A stretch of DNA of 64,000 nt from Eledone cirrhosa (taxonomy: Eukaryota): NCBI GenBank assembly GCA_964016885.1, contig OZ024756.1:744001-808000 (forward strand). Direction: 5' to 3'. The notes beneath the pieces were generated by a model that was given only the letters and a program-made list of their open reading frames with translations, was not told the DNA's origin and searched no databases. Positions 62,308 through 64,000 of this stretch are shown piece by piece (positions within the stretch are counted from its first letter, which is position 1; each line of letters begins with the position of its first letter). The position numbers and the translations under genes are program-made.

Positions 62308-64000
62308 TCATCATCATCATCATCACCGTTTTACGTCCGTTCTTCCACGCTAGCATGGGTTAGACGGGTTGTCCTGTTGTGGGCAGTGTCTGGTCGGCTG
62401 ACCATGCCTTGCTCATACAGGAACTGATCTGGCTTGATTTCTACAGCTGGATGCCCTTCCTAACACCAACCTCATTTACAGTGAGTGCTGGGTGCTTTTT
62501 CGTGGCGCCTACACGTCCACTTTACAGTGTGGGCTGGGTGCTTTTTTGCCGTGGCACCTCCACGACCACCTTGCGGTGGGGGGGGGGGGGGCATATTGTT
62601 TATATGCTTCAGCATGTACCCATGGGAGGTCGGGTACCCTGTATTACTGCGTGACGCCAGAAGTCACGGTCGTGTGTCATTGACTTTGAGAGGTGTAGTT
62701 GGGTAAGGTCGGCTTTTATCACCTCATCCCAAGTCATCTTGGGTCTCCCCACTCCGCGGTTTCCATCAACTTCTAGTGCTCTGCACCTTTTTATGCAGCT
62801 GTCATCCTTCATACGCATCACATGTCCATACCAGCGTAACCGCCTCTCCTGCACGCAGCATTTGATTCCTCTTATGCTCAGTCTCTCTCTCAATTCATTT
62901 ATGCTTTGTCGTTCACGTATATTACTGTTACACATCCATCGGAGCATGCAGGCTTCGTTTCTCTCTAATCTACGTAAGTCTTCCACCTTCAGCGCCCAGG
63001 TCTCACTACCATGCAACATCGCTGTTCGGATACACGCATCATACAGTCTGCCTTTCATTCTGAGGGAGAAGCCTTTTGCAGCTAGCAGTGGTAGTAGTTC
63101 CCTAAACTTCTTCCATCCCGTTCTTACCCTAGTTATTGTACTTTCTGAGCACCCACCTCCGTTGCTAATTCGGTCACCTAGGTAGCAGAAGCTGTCTACT
63201 GTTTCTACAGGGCCCTCCCAGAGATTGGTGGTACTTGTTTCCTGTGGCTGTTTGCTTGCTGTTTCAGCACAGCTGCTGCATGTGAATCCTACATTCTTAA
63301 TTAAGCTTCCTGAGATCCCGCTACATCTCTTGTGTACCCATTGTTTGCATTTGGGGCAAAGAATGGAGTTCCTACCTACACCTTTCCTACATACTGAGCA
63401 AGGCCATTTCCCTGAGGGGATCTGGGTTCTGTTTTCTCGTCTACTTATAAGGACCTTAGTCTTTGTCATGTTGACTTTGAGGCCCTTTCTCTCTAGTCCC
63501 TGCTTCCAGGTTTGGAATTTATTCTCTAGTTCTACCATAGATTCAGCTATGAGTGCGAGGTCATCAGCATACAGGAGTTCCCATGGGCATCCGGTCTTAA
63601 ACTCCTCCGTTATTGCCTGCAGGACTATGATGAACAGGAGAGGGCTAAGAACAGAGCCCTGGTGGACCCCAACCTGTACGCTAAATTCCTCGCTATACTC
63701 ATTGCCAATCCTAACTTTGCTGACTGCTCCCCTATACATGGCTTGTACCGCTTTCACAAGCCATTCATCTACTCCTAGTTTTCTAAGAGCCCACCAGATT
63801 ACTGCACGTGGAACTCTGTCAAAGGCTTTCTCAAGGTCGACAAATGCCAAGTAGAGTGGCTTACTTTTAGCTAGGTACTTTTCCTGTAATTGCCTCACAA
63901 GGAAGAGCGCATCAGTGGTGCCTTTCCCTGGAACAAACCCAAATTGCATCTCGTCTATATTCACCCGGTCCCTAATCAGCTGTGCTATAACTCTTTCTGT
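62308..64000 (-). mobile_element. RTE family B copy running off the window end
   Basis: ORF 62609-63964 has the same translation as the C-terminal part of 51263-54382. Confidence 0.97.

Overview
Eukaryotic, gene-poor, repeat-saturated DNA. The mix of (TA)n/(TATG)n microsatellites, RTE LINEs and tRNA-derived CORE- and Meta-type SINEs suggests an invertebrate, most likely an octopus or other cephalopod (inference only). No host gene is supportable, and nearly all long ORF-track entries are microsatellite translation artefacts. Real coding content is retrotransposon-derived: an intact RTE LINE (50428-54687) with a near-identical inverted partial copy, a near-full-length frameshifted RTE and several truncated ones (PHD-type finger after the RT core), a full-length CR1-like LINE whose ORF1 reads Myb/SANT-like + polyQ + 2x CCCH, a second CR1 fragment, two Penelope-like GIY-YIG remnants and a CRE-like RLE remnant. 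The main unannotated signal is three different non-coding tandem-repeat families (about 447, 466 and 539 bp monomers) embedded in (TA)n. Each carries one type I hammerhead ribozyme per monomer with a palindromic stem III, one family shows compensatory base changes, and all have fold-back junctions. They sit near a Penelope-like element with its own minimal hammerhead. This looks like a retrozyme / non-autonomous Penelope-type system predicted to make small self-cleaving, possibly circular, RNAs.
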